A stretch of DNA of 64,000 nt from an uncultured Nitrospiraceae bacterium (GCA_963846575.1 CAWJWJ010000001.1:1024001-1088000), one strand, 5' to 3'. Counted from the first letter of the stretch, positions 19,203-29,141 are shown. The notes: generated from the sequence alone by a model not told the origin. Translations and numbers: made by a program.

Positions 19203-21833
19203 ATGTCTGCACCACTGATGCTTTCCCTTGAGGAGAGTCGTGATCCGTCCTTCGTGGGCGGAAAAGCCGCGGGGTTGGCAATCCTGATCGACGCCGGCTT
19301 TCCAGTGCCCCGAGGGTTGTGTGTCACCACGGCTCTCTATCACCATTGCCTGAAAGCCGGAGGAATTGATGAGGCGGAGGTGTGGAAAAAGGTTCGACTC
19401 TCGTCAGATGAAGAGCGAACTCATGAATCGGAGAAAATTCGAGCGGTGTTGTTGGACCAGGAATGGCCGGAGAGATTTCCAGCCGATTTGACAATGCGAC
19501 TTGCCACTTTCACCCAAGACCCTACGATCCGGTGGGCGGTTCGTTCCTCTGCAACCAATGAAGACGGGGCAAAGGCGAGTGCGGCCGGGCTGTACCGGAC
19601 GACACTTGGGTGCTTATCCCACGAGATTTTGCCGGCGATCCGTGACTGCTGGATGTCATTGTGGGACGAGCAGGTGCTCCAATACGTGCTCAGAACTCGC
19701 GCCGACCTACCCGATCCGGCGATGGCTGTGGTGGTTCAGCCCATGCTGGATGCGAAGGCTGCGGGTGTCGCCTACTCGATTCATCCTGTGACAGGACGAT
19801 CTTCCCAAGTCACCATCAATGCCGTACCCGGCCTCGCGGCACCGCTTGTCAGCGGAAGCATAACCCCGGATCAATATATGGTGGAAATGAGGGGGGATCT
19901 GCTCCGGCCTCTGCGTATTCGTCGACGAATCGTTGTTCCCAAGCTTCAGAAGCTGCTCCTCAGGGCCGACGGACTTCGAACGGAACCGATCGCGGAGGCA
20001 GACCAACAGCAATCCTCCTTGACCGATGAACAACTCCTTGAGCTTGCCCGATTGGCCAAAGAAATCGAAGCCGCGTTTAAACAGCCAGTCGATTTCGAAT
20101 GGGTGTGGGATGTCAAGGGACTGTGGGTCGTGCAGGCACGCGCGGTCACGGCCGTGCGGGCATCCGACGAACTGACTGACGAGGAATGTGAATGGACGCG
20201 AGCAAATTTAAAAGAAACCATGCCGGAATTGCCAAGTCCGCTCGGACTCTCCTTTCTTCAACGATTCATGGAGGCCTATATCGTCACGCCCTATCGGCGA
20301 CTTGGTTGTGCGGTGCCGCCGAAGCTCTCATCGGTTCGTGTGTTGCATGGACGACCCTATCTCAATGTGACCTTGTTTTATTCGTTGGTGGTCCAACTCT
20401 ATGGAAATCCTGCATTTATTACCGAGCAGATGGGGGGGCCACGTTTGACCTTTATGCCGCCTGTGCAGCCGCTCGGGCCGGTCGCCTTCCTCAGGGCCGG
20501 ATTGGTCATGGTGCGGGAATGGCGCAGGGTGACCCGTCAGGCGCCTACTAATTTTGCCTCGATGAAACGGATGTCGGACACGTATCAGCCCGGATGCATT
20601 CAGCACTGGTCGCGGCAGGACTTGACTGAGGCCCTCGAGAAGCTCAAGCGGTGGCTTGACGAGCATGAAATCACCTTTGGGATCGCTGCAGGCGTGGCGC
20701 AAAGCCTCCAGGCCTTGGGGACCTTTCTGCCTGGTTGGCTAGGGCCGGACTGGCGGGAATTGCTCAATGCTTCCGTGCAAGGCCAGGGAACAGTGATCAG
20801 CGCGCAGCAAATTGTTCGATTGGCTGAACTCGTAGAAGCCGCGCGTAGGGAAGTGGTGGTCCGACAGTGGTTCCTTTCGGAGCCCTCACCAGCACAAGAT
20901 TTTCGAGAAACCCTCGTTGGAACGGTATTTCTACGGCTGTTCGAGCAGTATCTGGAGGAGTACGGGCATCGGGCTGTCGGTGAATCCGACGTGATGACTC
21001 CACGCATAGGGGAGCAGCCGGAAAATATTCTAAATGTGCTTCGGACGCAGGTTTCTTCAGATGCAACTCCATCTCCGACTGAAATCGCATCACGTCAGGC
21101 ACACCGGCGAGAAGCGGCGCTCGCCGAAATACACGAGCGATTCGGTTCACGGCTTCATCGGCGGATCATATTTGGATGGTGGTACAGGCGACTCTGCCGA
21201 TTCAGTGTTCTGCGAGAGGCAAATCGTCACCATTTGATGTACTACTCCACGGCGGTGCGCCATCTGCTGCTCTGCTTGGGAGAGCGATTGGTAGGGCAGG
21301 GCACAATGACATTGCGCGAAGACGTGTTTTACCTGACGCTGGACGAATGTGACGCAATGGGTCAGGCACCAGGCCGAGACTGGCGAAAGCTGGTACAGGA
21401 TCGTCGCGAAGAAAGGGCCCGAAACCAGGGTCTGCAGGTTCCTGACATCATCCAAGATTGGGAAGAGGCCGTTTATCGGACAGATCGAGCGGAACGTGGC
21501 GTTTCAGATGGAGATTTACGGGGCATTGCCATCAGTGCCGGGACGGCCAGCGGACCGGTTCGAATCATACGATCCACGGTGGATTGGAAGGGAGTTCAGG
21601 CCGGGGATATCCTCGTCGTGCCGGTAATCGATCCCGGTATGGCGCCGCTTTTTGGCATGGCAGCCGGCCTGGTGGCAGAGATGGGGGGCACACTCTCTCA
21701 TGGTGCCATTATTGCCCGGGAATACGGCCTCCCGGTTCTGGTCAATGTGCCCTATGCAACCAGTCTTTTGTGCCAGAATGAGCAGGTCCAAATCGAGAGC
21801 GAAACGGGCACAATCAGGCGGTTGAACTCTTGA
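19203..21833 (+). CDS. PEP-utilising enzyme: PPDK_N, central domain, C-terminal phospho-His domain (rifampin phosphotransferase-like)
   Basis: VGGKAAGL, AVRSSA..ED, MAVVVQPM, DFEW, QARAVT; YGHRA; C-terminal GGTLSHGAIIAREYGLP. Confidence 0.85.
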   Translation: MSAPLMLSLEESRDPSFVGGKAAGLAILIDAGFPVPRGLCVTTALYHHCLKAGGIDEAEVWKKVRLSSDEERTHESEKIRAVLLDQEWPERFPADLTMRLATFTQDPTIRWAVRSSATNEDGAKASAAGLYRTTLGCLSHEILPAIRDCWMSLWDEQVLQYVLRTRADLPDPAMAVVVQPMLDAKAAGVAYSIHPVTGRSSQVTINAVPGLAAPLVSGSITPDQYMVEMRGDLLRPLRIRRRIVVPKLQKLLLRADGLRTEPIAEADQQQSSLTDEQLLELARLAKEIEAAFKQPVDFEWVWDVKGLWVVQARAVTAVRASDELTDEECEWTRANLKETMPELPSPLGLSFLQRFMEAYIVTPYRRLGCAVPPKLSSVRVLHGRPYLNVTLFYSLVVQLYGNPAFITEQMGGPRLTFMPPVQPLGPVAFLRAGLVMVREWRRVTRQAPTNFASMKRMSDTYQPGCIQHWSRQDLTEALEKLKRWLDEHEITFGIAAGVAQSLQALGTFLPGWLGPDWRELLNASVQGQGTVISAQQIVRLAELVEAARREVVVRQWFLSEPSPAQDFRETLVGTVFLRLFEQYLEEYGHRAVGESDVMTPRIGEQPENILNVLRTQVSSDATPSPTEIASRQAHRREAALAEIHERFGSRLHRRIIFGWWYRRLCRFSVLREANRHHLMYYSTAVRHLLLCLGERLVGQGTMTLREDVFYLTLDECDAMGQAPGRDWRKLVQDRREERARNQGLQVPDIIQDWEEAVYRTDRAERGVSDGDLRGIAISAGTASGPVRIIRSTVDWKGVQAGDILVVPVIDPGMAPLFGMAAGLVAEMGGTLSHGAIIAREYGLPVLVNVPYATSLLCQNEQVQIESETGTIRRLNS

Positions 21834-21927
21834 CGTTTCCAGGCGTTTCTCGTAGGCTCTACGCGATTTCCCTACGGAAGCAGGTGAGCAAATACCAACC
21901 ATTCTGAATACCCGTAGGGAACCGCCC

Positions 21928-23343
21928 ATGATCGACCTTGCTTCTTCGACATTTCTGATCGGCGCCGCAGTCGGCTTGATCGTGGGGCTCTCCCTGGCTG
22001 GCTGGTGGGTGACGTTCCGTGTTCAAGGGCGGTTCCATGCGGAGTTGATGGAGGTTGGCGAGCGCGCGCAACGAGCCGATGCACTGGCTGCCATACTACG
22101 GCAAGGTCGGGAGGAGCAGGATGCCGAAATGGAGCAGTTACGGCAAACCCTGGTCGAGTCTCAAGCAGGCCGGACAAAGGCCGAAACGCGTATGGAAGAA
22201 GTCACGCGCAGCTTGGAAGACCAACGGTCCATGCTGGCACAGGCGCGACAGGAGCTGCATCAATCATTCGAGGCCCTTTCCGGCCAAGCTTTAAAACAGA
22301 ATAACGAAGCCTTTTTGAATCTCGCGCGCACTTCGTTTGCGGCATTGCACGCGGAAGCCAAGGGCGAACTGTCGCAGCGGCAACAGGCCATCGATGAGCT
22401 GGTTAAACCGCTGGAGGAATCCTTGCGGCGCTATGAGGAGCAACTGAGTCAAGCCGAGCAGATCCGGCAGCGAGAGTATGGGGGACTCGATCAGCAGCTC
22501 AAGTTTATGGCGGAATCACACCAACGGCTTCAGCAGGAAACCAGCAATCTGGTGAAAGCTCTACGATCCCCGTCCGTGCGCGGCCGCTGGGGAGAGATGA
22601 CCTTGCGCCGAGTGGCCGAACTTGCGGGCATGGTCGCCCATTGTGATTTTCTCGAGCAAGATACGGTAGGATCAATGGAGGGTCTCTTACGTCCTGACAT
22701 GGTCGTGTGTTTGCCGGGTGGACGTCAGATTGTGGTGGATGCGAAAACAGTGTTGGCCGCCTATCTTGATGCCTATGAAACGCAGGACGATCAGCAGCGG
22801 CAGGCTCACTTACGTCGCCATGCCGGGCAAGTGCGGGCCAGGATGGAGGCGCTGAGCCTGAAGGCCTATTGGACGCAGTTCCCACAGACCCCGGAATTCG
22901 TGGTGCTGTTCCTGCCCGGGGAGCAATTTCTTGGGGCGGCGCTCGAACAGGATCCGACCCTGATCGAAGACGGCTTCGCTCAAGGAATCGTGGTTGCGAC
23001 CCCCACTACGCTGATGGCGCTCCTACGGGCAGTGGCCTACGGCTGGCGGCAAGAGCAGCTGACCGAGCATGCCGAGCAGGCGGGCCGGTTGGGGAAGGAT
23101 CTCTACGAACGAATGGCAACCTTGACCGACCACCTGAGCGAAATCGGGCAGGCTCTCGGGAAGAGCGTCGGCGCGTATAATAAGGCAGTAGGGTCGTTGG
23201 AGAGCAGAGTGCTGCCGGCTGCGAGAAAATTCAAGGATCTCGGGATTTCATCGGACAAAGACATTACCGTGCTGGAAACCTGCGAGATCGAGCCAAGAGC
23301 TGGACTACCTTATGCTGCCGAAGGTATGAGGACCGTGGGATGA
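21928..23343 (+). CDS. rmuC: DNA recombination protein RmuC
   Basis: TM plus coiled coil; RGRWGEMTL, RPDMVV.LP, VDAK, PEFVVLFLPGE, TPTTLMALLR. Confidence 0.92.
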   Translation: MIDLASSTFLIGAAVGLIVGLSLAGWWVTFRVQGRFHAELMEVGERAQRADALAAILRQGREEQDAEMEQLRQTLVESQAGRTKAETRMEEVTRSLEDQRSMLAQARQELHQSFEALSGQALKQNNEAFLNLARTSFAALHAEAKGELSQRQQAIDELVKPLEESLRRYEEQLSQAEQIRQREYGGLDQQLKFMAESHQRLQQETSNLVKALRSPSVRGRWGEMTLRRVAELAGMVAHCDFLEQDTVGSMEGLLRPDMVVCLPGGRQIVVDAKTVLAAYLDAYETQDDQQRQAHLRRHAGQVRARMEALSLKAYWTQFPQTPEFVVLFLPGEQFLGAALEQDPTLIEDGFAQGIVVATPTTLMALLRAVAYGWRQEQLTEHAEQAGRLGKDLYERMATLTDHLSEIGQALGKSVGAYNKAVGSLESRVLPAARKFKDLGISSDKDITVLETCEIEPRAGLPYAAEGMRTVG

Positions 23344-23771
23344 TGGATCCCCAGGCAATGGTGGAGGAATTTCACCGCAAATTTGAAATTGCTATTGGTC
23401 ACACGCCAAGCGTGCCAGGGGATGGAATCCGTGAGCTACGAGTGCGGCTCATTCAGGAGGAGTTTGATGAGCTCAAAGAAGCGATGGCCACCCAGGACCT
23501 TGCGGGCGTGGCTAAAGAACTGGCCGATCTGCTGTATGTAGTGTACGGAACGGCCGTCGCCTATGGGATGGATATGGATCCGGTGTTCCGGGAAGTTCAC
23601 CGATCGAACTTGAGCAAGGTGGGCGGCTATAAGCGCGCTGACGGCAAATGGGTCAAACCGCCGACCTATTCTCCGGCGCAGGTAGAACCGCTGCTTGAGG
23701 CCCAGTCGGCAAGACGACCCGTGGCATCAGCCGCACCGGATGCGGGAAGGATGCAGGAGCCAGAATCGTAG
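23340..23771 (+). CDS. All-alpha NTP pyrophosphohydrolase (MazG-like / PRA-PH family)
   Basis: VEEFH..F, LIQEEFDEL, KELADLLYVVYG, EVHRSNLSK, DGK..KP. Confidence 0.85.
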   Translation: MMDPQAMVEEFHRKFEIAIGHTPSVPGDGIRELRVRLIQEEFDELKEAMATQDLAGVAKELADLLYVVYGTAVAYGMDMDPVFREVHRSNLSKVGGYKRADGKWVKPPTYSPAQVEPLLEAQSARRPVASAAPDAGRMQEPES

Positions 23772-23772
23772 G

Positions 23773-24282
23773 ATGAAAGAATTGCATTGTCCGGCGTGCG
23801 GCACGCCGTGTGTCAGAGTATCCGCCAGGTCGGGTGTCATTGAAAAGGCATTCAATTGGCTGAATATCTTTCAATTCCGCTGTCAGCTCTGCACCACCCG
23901 TTTCCAGGCTCGAAGGCCCGGGAATCGACAAACCTCGCAAGAATTTGATCGCCGCGAATATCGACGGTTGCGCACGAACCTTGCCGCGTCGTTGGTCTTG
24001 GACCCCCCGGCCGTGGACGGCCTGGTATCAGACATCTCGATGGGTGGCTGTACCCTGCAAGCTGCCACCTCGCTTCCGAAGGGTACGTTTGTGAAGGTGT
24101 TGCTGCACGTGCCAGGAGGACAACCCGATATCAAAGTCGAGGCGGCCATGATCTGTTCGATTCAACCTCTCTCGGTCGGTGTAAAATTCTTGGAATTTCA
24201 GCCCCAGGATAAACAACGCATGGGCGAATTAGTTTTGGAACTCCTCGCCTATGAAACTACAGCTCCCAGAGTCAGCGCCTAG
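23773..24282 (+). CDS. Zinc-ribbon plus PilZ domain protein
   Basis: CPACG...FRCQLCTTRF; RREYRR (RxxxR) and DISMGG (DxSxxG). Confidence 0.8.
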   Translation: MKELHCPACGTPCVRVSARSGVIEKAFNWLNIFQFRCQLCTTRFQARRPGNRQTSQEFDRREYRRLRTNLAASLVLDPPAVDGLVSDISMGGCTLQAATSLPKGTFVKVLLHVPGGQPDIKVEAAMICSIQPLSVGVKFLEFQPQDKQRMGELVLELLAYETTAPRVSA

Positions 24283-24387
24283 CCCTGGCCACGTGCCCCA
24301 CTAGCTATCTATAGAGACAGGCCCCGACTCGGCTGAGCCGCACCTTGAGCCATGCGATCGATCCTACCGAGATCCTGAGAAACCACT

Positions 24388-25245
24388 CTAGATTTTTCCT
24401 CGTACCGAGACCAGCCTGTTGTCGAGCAAGCGTACCGATCCGATACGAAGCGCGCCGAGCAGCGCGACCCTACGGTGGACCATTTTTAGTGGTTCAAGAG
24501 ACTGGGGATCGCACACCGCCAAGTATTCCGGAGTGGCCAGGGATTCTCGTCTCAAAACTTCAGCCATGGTGCGTTGGACTCGTGTGGCCTGCCGCTCTCC
24601 GGCACGAATGGCTGATGCACCTGCCTCCAGCGCCCGATAGAGAGCTGGCGCGGCCTGACGTTGAGGGGGAGTGAGATACACATTACGCGAACTCAGCGCC
24701 AGCCCATCCGGCTCCCGCACGGTGGGGTGGATGATTAGTCGACCGGGGAGGTGAAGGTCTTTGAGGAGTTGCTGGACAAGCACAGCTTGCTGATAATCCT
24801 TTTGACCGAACCAGCTGATGTCGGGCTGGACCAGGCCTAGCAATTTGGTGACGATGGTCGCCACGCCCTGAAAATGATGCGGTCGCGCTTCGCCTTCCCA
24901 TAGGCGGGCCAAGGCCGGGACCGAGACAATGGTTTGAGCGTCTGGAGGATACATCGCATGACGCTCCGGGGCGAAGACCACATCGACGCCCTCCGCGCGG
25001 CAGAGGGCCCGATCGAGACTCAGCTGGCGGGGATATTTCTCGAGATCTTCCGACGGGCCGAACTGCGTCGGGTTCACGAAGATACTCACGACCACCGCAT
25101 CGCAGGTCAATCTGGCGGCACGGATCAGGGCGCGATGGCCTGCGTGCAACGCTCCCATCGTCGGGACGAACCCGATGGTCACACCCTCTCGACGTAGCTG
25201 ATGGCTCCAAACAGCCATGGCCATTGGCTTGCGGATAATGTTCAT
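24388..25245 (-). CDS. panC: Pantoate--beta-alanine ligase
   Basis: FVPTMGALHAGH, SIFVNPTQF, RPHHFQGV, FGQKDYQQ, GLALSSRN, RLLDN. Confidence 0.96.
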   Translation of the reverse strand: MNIIRKPMAMAVWSHQLRREGVTIGFVPTMGALHAGHRALIRAARLTCDAVVVSIFVNPTQFGPSEDLEKYPRQLSLDRALCRAEGVDVVFAPERHAMYPPDAQTIVSVPALARLWEGEARPHHFQGVATIVTKLLGLVQPDISWFGQKDYQQAVLVQQLLKDLHLPGRLIIHPTVREPDGLALSSRNVYLTPPQRQAAPALYRALEAGASAIRAGERQATRVQRTMAEVLRRESLATPEYLAVCDPQSLEPLKMVHRRVALLGALRIGSVRLLDNRLVSVRGKI

Positions 25246-25805
25246 GCGTGGGGCTCGGTTGCCAAAGGAGCATTGCAGGTTGGTTTCGATCCGTAGCGGG
25301 AGCTGGGCTGGGGGTTGAGGAGTCGTACGATCGAGTCGTCAGTCACCTGCGATAAAAGCTCTCGCAGGCTCAGGCCGATCACCGGATGTTGCCGGTCAGG
25401 AGCCAGATCGGCCAGTGGCGCGAGGACAAATCGCCGCTCATGCAGCCGGGGGTGGGGGATCGTCAAAGCGGGATCTTCAATGACGCAATTGTCGTACAAC
25501 AGCAAGTCGAGGTCGAGAGTCCGAGGTCCCTTGCGGTTTTCAGGGTCGCGCCCGAGGGCGCGTTCGATCTCACGGCAAACCTCCAGGAGACTGTTAGGCG
25601 CAATATTCGTTTCGATCTGAACGACGCCGTTGAGGAACCAGTCTGGTCCCGGTGCCGCTCCGTCATTGACTGGCTCGGTTTCATACAGTGAGGACACCCC
25701 GTCGAGGCGTGAATGTGGGAGGAGACTCAGCAGAGTCACGGCACGGTCACAAAAGTCGATCCGGTTACCGAGGTTGGACCCAAAACCGATGAAGGCCGTT
25801 GCCAT
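25242..25805 (-). CDS. folK: 2-amino-4-hydroxy-6-hydroxymethyldihydropteridine diphosphokinase
   Basis: GFGSNLG, SSLYETEP, FLNGV, GPRTLDLDLL, IPHPRLHERRFVLAPL. Confidence 0.95.
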   Translation of the reverse strand: MATAFIGFGSNLGNRIDFCDRAVTLLSLLPHSRLDGVSSLYETEPVNDGAAPGPDWFLNGVVQIETNIAPNSLLEVCREIERALGRDPENRKGPRTLDLDLLLYDNCVIEDPALTIPHPRLHERRFVLAPLADLAPDRQHPVIGLSLRELLSQVTDDSIVRLLNPQPSSRYGSKPTCNAPLATEPHA

Positions 25806-25907
25806 CGCACTCCTATTCCTGCTTAGTGCTCACGGGCTCGGAGTCTCGAATCAAGGCCTGGAGGCTGTCAAATTTCTCAAATGCGCAGTTGGCGCCCATC
25901 AGTCTCA

Positions 25908-27083
25908 TCAGAATCCAGTCTTCTTGATGCGCTCCACTGCTTCTGCGAGTCGCTCCTTTGTGGTGCACACGGTCATTCGGATGTAGCCTTCACCAGGCGC
26001 CCCGAAACCATTACCAGGAGTCGTGACAATGCCCGCCTTTTCCAGAAGGTGAGCCGTGAATGAGGCTGAGGTGTAGCCCTTCGGCACCGCGACCCAGATA
26101 TAGAACGCAGCAGGAGGCGGGTCGACTTCGAGGCCCAGTTTCTTCAAGCCAGGAACCAGCGTGTCCCGTCGTTCCTGGTAGACCTTCCGAAGCCCATCGG
26201 TGACGGGGTCGTCCAGCTCCAGCGCCGTAATCGCGGCCGCCTGCACTGCCTCAAACACGCCGGAATCCAGATTGCTTTTCACCTTACCGAGTCCGGCCAA
26301 GACGTCCTTATTGCCAACGACGAACCCGATACGCCAGCCCGTCATGTTGTAAGTTTTTGAAAGGGAGTGAAACTCCACCCCCACGTCCTTGGCCCCATCC
26401 ACTTCGAGAAAACTAGCCGGACGCTTCCCGTCGTAATATATTTCCGAATAAGCCGCGTCATGGCAGACAATGATGTGGTGTTCCTGCGCAAATTCGACCA
26501 CACGCTTGAAATAGTCTTTGCTCATGATGACGGAGGTGGGATTGTTCGGCGAGTTGAGCCACATGAGTTTGGCCTTGTTCGCCACGTCTTTCGGAATTGC
26601 GTTCAAATCTGGAAGAAACCCATTCGCCTTCGTGAGCGGCATGATGTGGGATATGCCGCCGGAGAAGCTTGTGCCGACAGGGTAGACCGGATAACCCGGG
26701 CTGGGCACGAGAACCACGTCCCCCGGATCAACAAAGGCCAGGTGGACGTGTCCAATGCCTTCTTTCGAGCCGATCAAACTCAGCACTTCGCTGGCCGGAT
26801 CGAGCGTCACATGGAACCGGCGCTTGTACCATTCCGCAACCGCCTTGCGATATGACAGCATTCCTTCATAGGAGGGGTATTGGTGGTGCTTGGGGTTCTT
26901 GGCGGCGATAGCCAGACTCTCGATGATCGGCGTTGGGGTGGGGAGATCAGGATCACCGATGCCGAGATTGATGATATCGACGCCGCGCGCGAGGGCTTCC
27001 TGTTTCATCTTGTCGATGGCGGCGAACAAATAAGGGGGCAATGTCTTGATACGGGTGGCGTATTCGATCGGAAAACCGGACAT
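25908..27083 (-). CDS. dapL: LL-diaminopimelate aminotransferase (class I/II PLP enzyme)
   Basis: LPPYLFA, LGIGDPD, LIGSKEGI, PNNPT, HDAAYSE, SLSKTYNMTGWRIG; dapA/dapB/lysA in same window. Confidence 0.8.
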   Translation of the reverse strand: MSGFPIEYATRIKTLPPYLFAAIDKMKQEALARGVDIINLGIGDPDLPTPTPIIESLAIAAKNPKHHQYPSYEGMLSYRKAVAEWYKRRFHVTLDPASEVLSLIGSKEGIGHVHLAFVDPGDVVLVPSPGYPVYPVGTSFSGGISHIMPLTKANGFLPDLNAIPKDVANKAKLMWLNSPNNPTSVIMSKDYFKRVVEFAQEHHIIVCHDAAYSEIYYDGKRPASFLEVDGAKDVGVEFHSLSKTYNMTGWRIGFVVGNKDVLAGLGKVKSNLDSGVFEAVQAAAITALELDDPVTDGLRKVYQERRDTLVPGLKKLGLEVDPPPAAFYIWVAVPKGYTSASFTAHLLEKAGIVTTPGNGFGAPGEGYIRMTVCTTKERLAEAVERIKKTGF

Positions 27084-27363
27084 GCGTGAGGGCTCCTTTG
27101 TTGGCCTGAGCGTCGGCGCTCAGCAATGTAGAATGCATGAGCGGCGAGCAGCCGTCAGCAGGGTTTCATCCAGAGGTTAGGGTACCGCAGGAGCACCATC
27201 GCAATCAACGGAGTCGCTGCGGGCAGCCCATCGCGCATTGGTCTCGCGTGAGCAAACTGTGGGCAACGGCGCATCTGGTTGGATGCCATACGACTCCGGC
27301 CACATTACTGGCCGGAAAAAATCTACTTTCCCGCCAGTTCGTTCTGTACCGTGGAGGCGGCAG

Positions 27364-27392
27364 TTGACAGGGCATGAGTCTCTGCTTACAGT
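27364..27392 (+). promoter_or_regulatory. Putative sigma70 promoter of the Pvc16-like gene
   Basis: TTGACA-17 nt-TACAGT. Confidence 0.5.
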
Positions 27393-27453
27393 TCGACGGA
27401 GACGTTACAGACTGTCCTTCCGGGAGATTACTGTTTCGCGCGATCTGGTGGGT

Positions 27454-27906
27454 ATGTCAGCGTTTTCCCAACTCGACGCTTTTTGTCAGACGATTCGACC
27501 ACGAGTGACGATTCCAGTGCTGCTGGGACGGCCCGATGCGGCGGTTCCAGGGCTCTATGTCTGGCCCTGGCGCATGGAGCCCGAGGCCGAACTGTCCAAC
27601 AGACCCGGTACTCCGTCTGGTGGCAGACCCGAGGCATCCCTCAACCAGCCGATACTCAGCATCCGGATACTGATAATCCCGGTTCCTGCGCTATCCGCCG
27701 AAAGCGTGGCGAGCCTCGAGAATGCTCAACTCGCTCTCCACGACCATCCGTTGTTCACGGCCGGTGAAACAGTCTCGCGCGTAGTCGCGGATAGGGCGCT
27801 TTCGGTCGGTGACTTGTCGGCCCTGTTCGCCGCTGCGCAGCTGCCATTTTCACTCTGTGCTGCGTTCGTGCTCTCGGGCCAGGCGAGGCGACTGGTTAAC
27901 CCGTGA
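27454..27906 (+). CDS. Pvc16_N/DUF4255-like protein (contractile injection system cap-like), orphan
   Basis: V.LGRPD, LYVWPWRMEPEAELSN, LSIRILI, AQLALHDHPLF, LSVGDLSALF pattern recalls DUF4255; judged by eye. Confidence 0.5.
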   Translation: MSAFSQLDAFCQTIRPRVTIPVLLGRPDAAVPGLYVWPWRMEPEAELSNRPGTPSGGRPEASLNQPILSIRILIIPVPALSAESVASLENAQLALHDHPLFTAGETVSRVVADRALSVGDLSALFAAAQLPFSLCAAFVLSGQARRLVNP

Positions 27907-28068
27907 ACTATAAAAACCATGTGAAAATGCTGAGATGATCAGGTCAGACGGCAGAATGTTCTCAGGCGGGAGGATAAACGTTACGCGGAGATGCCTCAAC
28001 CCTCTCGCGTCTGCGCGGGACACAGTCAACAAGTTTGGACCGAGAGCCGAGCCTCGGGAGAGCGCTCG

Positions 28069-28425
28069 ATGAAGCAATTAGCGCCTTGTTCCTCAAGCCC
28101 TAATTGTGTGTCCACCCAAGCAAGAGACGCGGATCACGGGATTGCGCCGTATCCTTTCCAGAAAAGTCTGGCTGAAGCCAAAGGCGCGCTCAAAGACATC
28201 GTGCTGTCCATGCCCCGCACGACTCTGGTTTCGGAGGATGTATCCTATCTCCATTTCGAATTCACCAGTCTGTTGTTGAGGTTCGTCGATGACGTAGAGT
28301 TTGTGTTTGACGACGCCACGCGGACGGTGCATTTCCGATCAGCGTCCCGAGTAGGTTACAGCGATCTTGGCGCGAACCGTCGGCGTATGGAGGAGATTCG
28401 GCGACGAGTTGAGAGACAACTGTAG
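28069..28425 (+). CDS. DUF1499 family protein
   Basis: LAPCSSSPNCVS, RFVDDVEF, HFRSASRVGYSDLGANRRR; true start may be upstream at 27991. Confidence 0.85.
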   Translation: MKQLAPCSSSPNCVSTQARDADHGIAPYPFQKSLAEAKGALKDIVLSMPRTTLVSEDVSYLHFEFTSLLLRFVDDVEFVFDDATRTVHFRSASRVGYSDLGANRRRMEEIRRRVERQL

Positions 28426-28610
28426 ATGGAGACTTTAGCAGCTGCCTGGTGTGGAGGGCTGCGACAGTGCACAATGAACGCGGTACTACGCTCACGTAGT
28501 CTAGCAAGGTCTCTGAAATTTTAATGTTGAAATGCCCGCGCTAAGGCGTCAGTATAAAAACCCCTGACGCGACGTGTGCACGGTAGGGCTCCAGAAAGTC
28601 TGGAAAGCGC

Positions 28611-29141
28611 ATGATGACGACTCGTATATTTCACGTTTGTGCGATTATGGCCCTGATGTTTTCAAGCGGCTGTGTGTCGATCCATGTCGATCCTCTCACC
28701 GGGGACTCGTTTGAACCACGCGCGGGGCAGGATAACATCACGACCTTGCAGCGTGAACCAAACCGCGGATATGTGCAGATTGCCCGCATTGTGGCCACCA
28801 GTGAATATGCCAGCGAGGAGACACTGCGAGACCGTATCCTTTCCCAGGCGAAAGAATTGGGAGCTGATGCAGTAGTGCTTGGAGAGGCGGATGTGCGTCG
28901 CCTTGCGGATCGTGGCCCAGTGTTCCAGTCGACCATGGGGTCCGGGATTCAGGGGGCGACCGCGGCCAATAATTCCTATCGCAGCGGGTATTGGAATCCA
29001 TTCCGGATGGACGCCTGGAGCTTCAGCCAGGCAGCGGGAGGCGGACAAGGTTGGATGCTCCATATGTCCGGCTTGGCCATTCGTTATGTTTCGGACGAAG
29101 AACGGCCCGCCGCTCCGAAGCCTAAACCCGTCGCACCTTAG
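28611..29141 (+). CDS. Hypothetical lipoprotein
   Basis: Lipobox-like SSGC; Y.QIARI...AKELGADAVV pattern. Confidence 0.65.
   Translation: MMTTRIFHVCAIMALMFSSGCVSIHVDPLTGDSFEPRAGQDNITTLQREPNRGYVQIARIVATSEYASEETLRDRILSQAKELGADAVVLGEADVRRLADRGPVFQSTMGSGIQGATAANNSYRSGYWNPFRMDAWSFSQAAGGGQGWMLHMSGLAIRYVSDEERPAAPKPKPVAP

Noticed and set aside
19203..21833. Annotation as ppsA/ppdK or as a confirmed rifampin resistance gene
   Set aside because: It lacks the pyruvate-binding C-terminal domain, and domain architecture alone does not establish rifampin as substrate.
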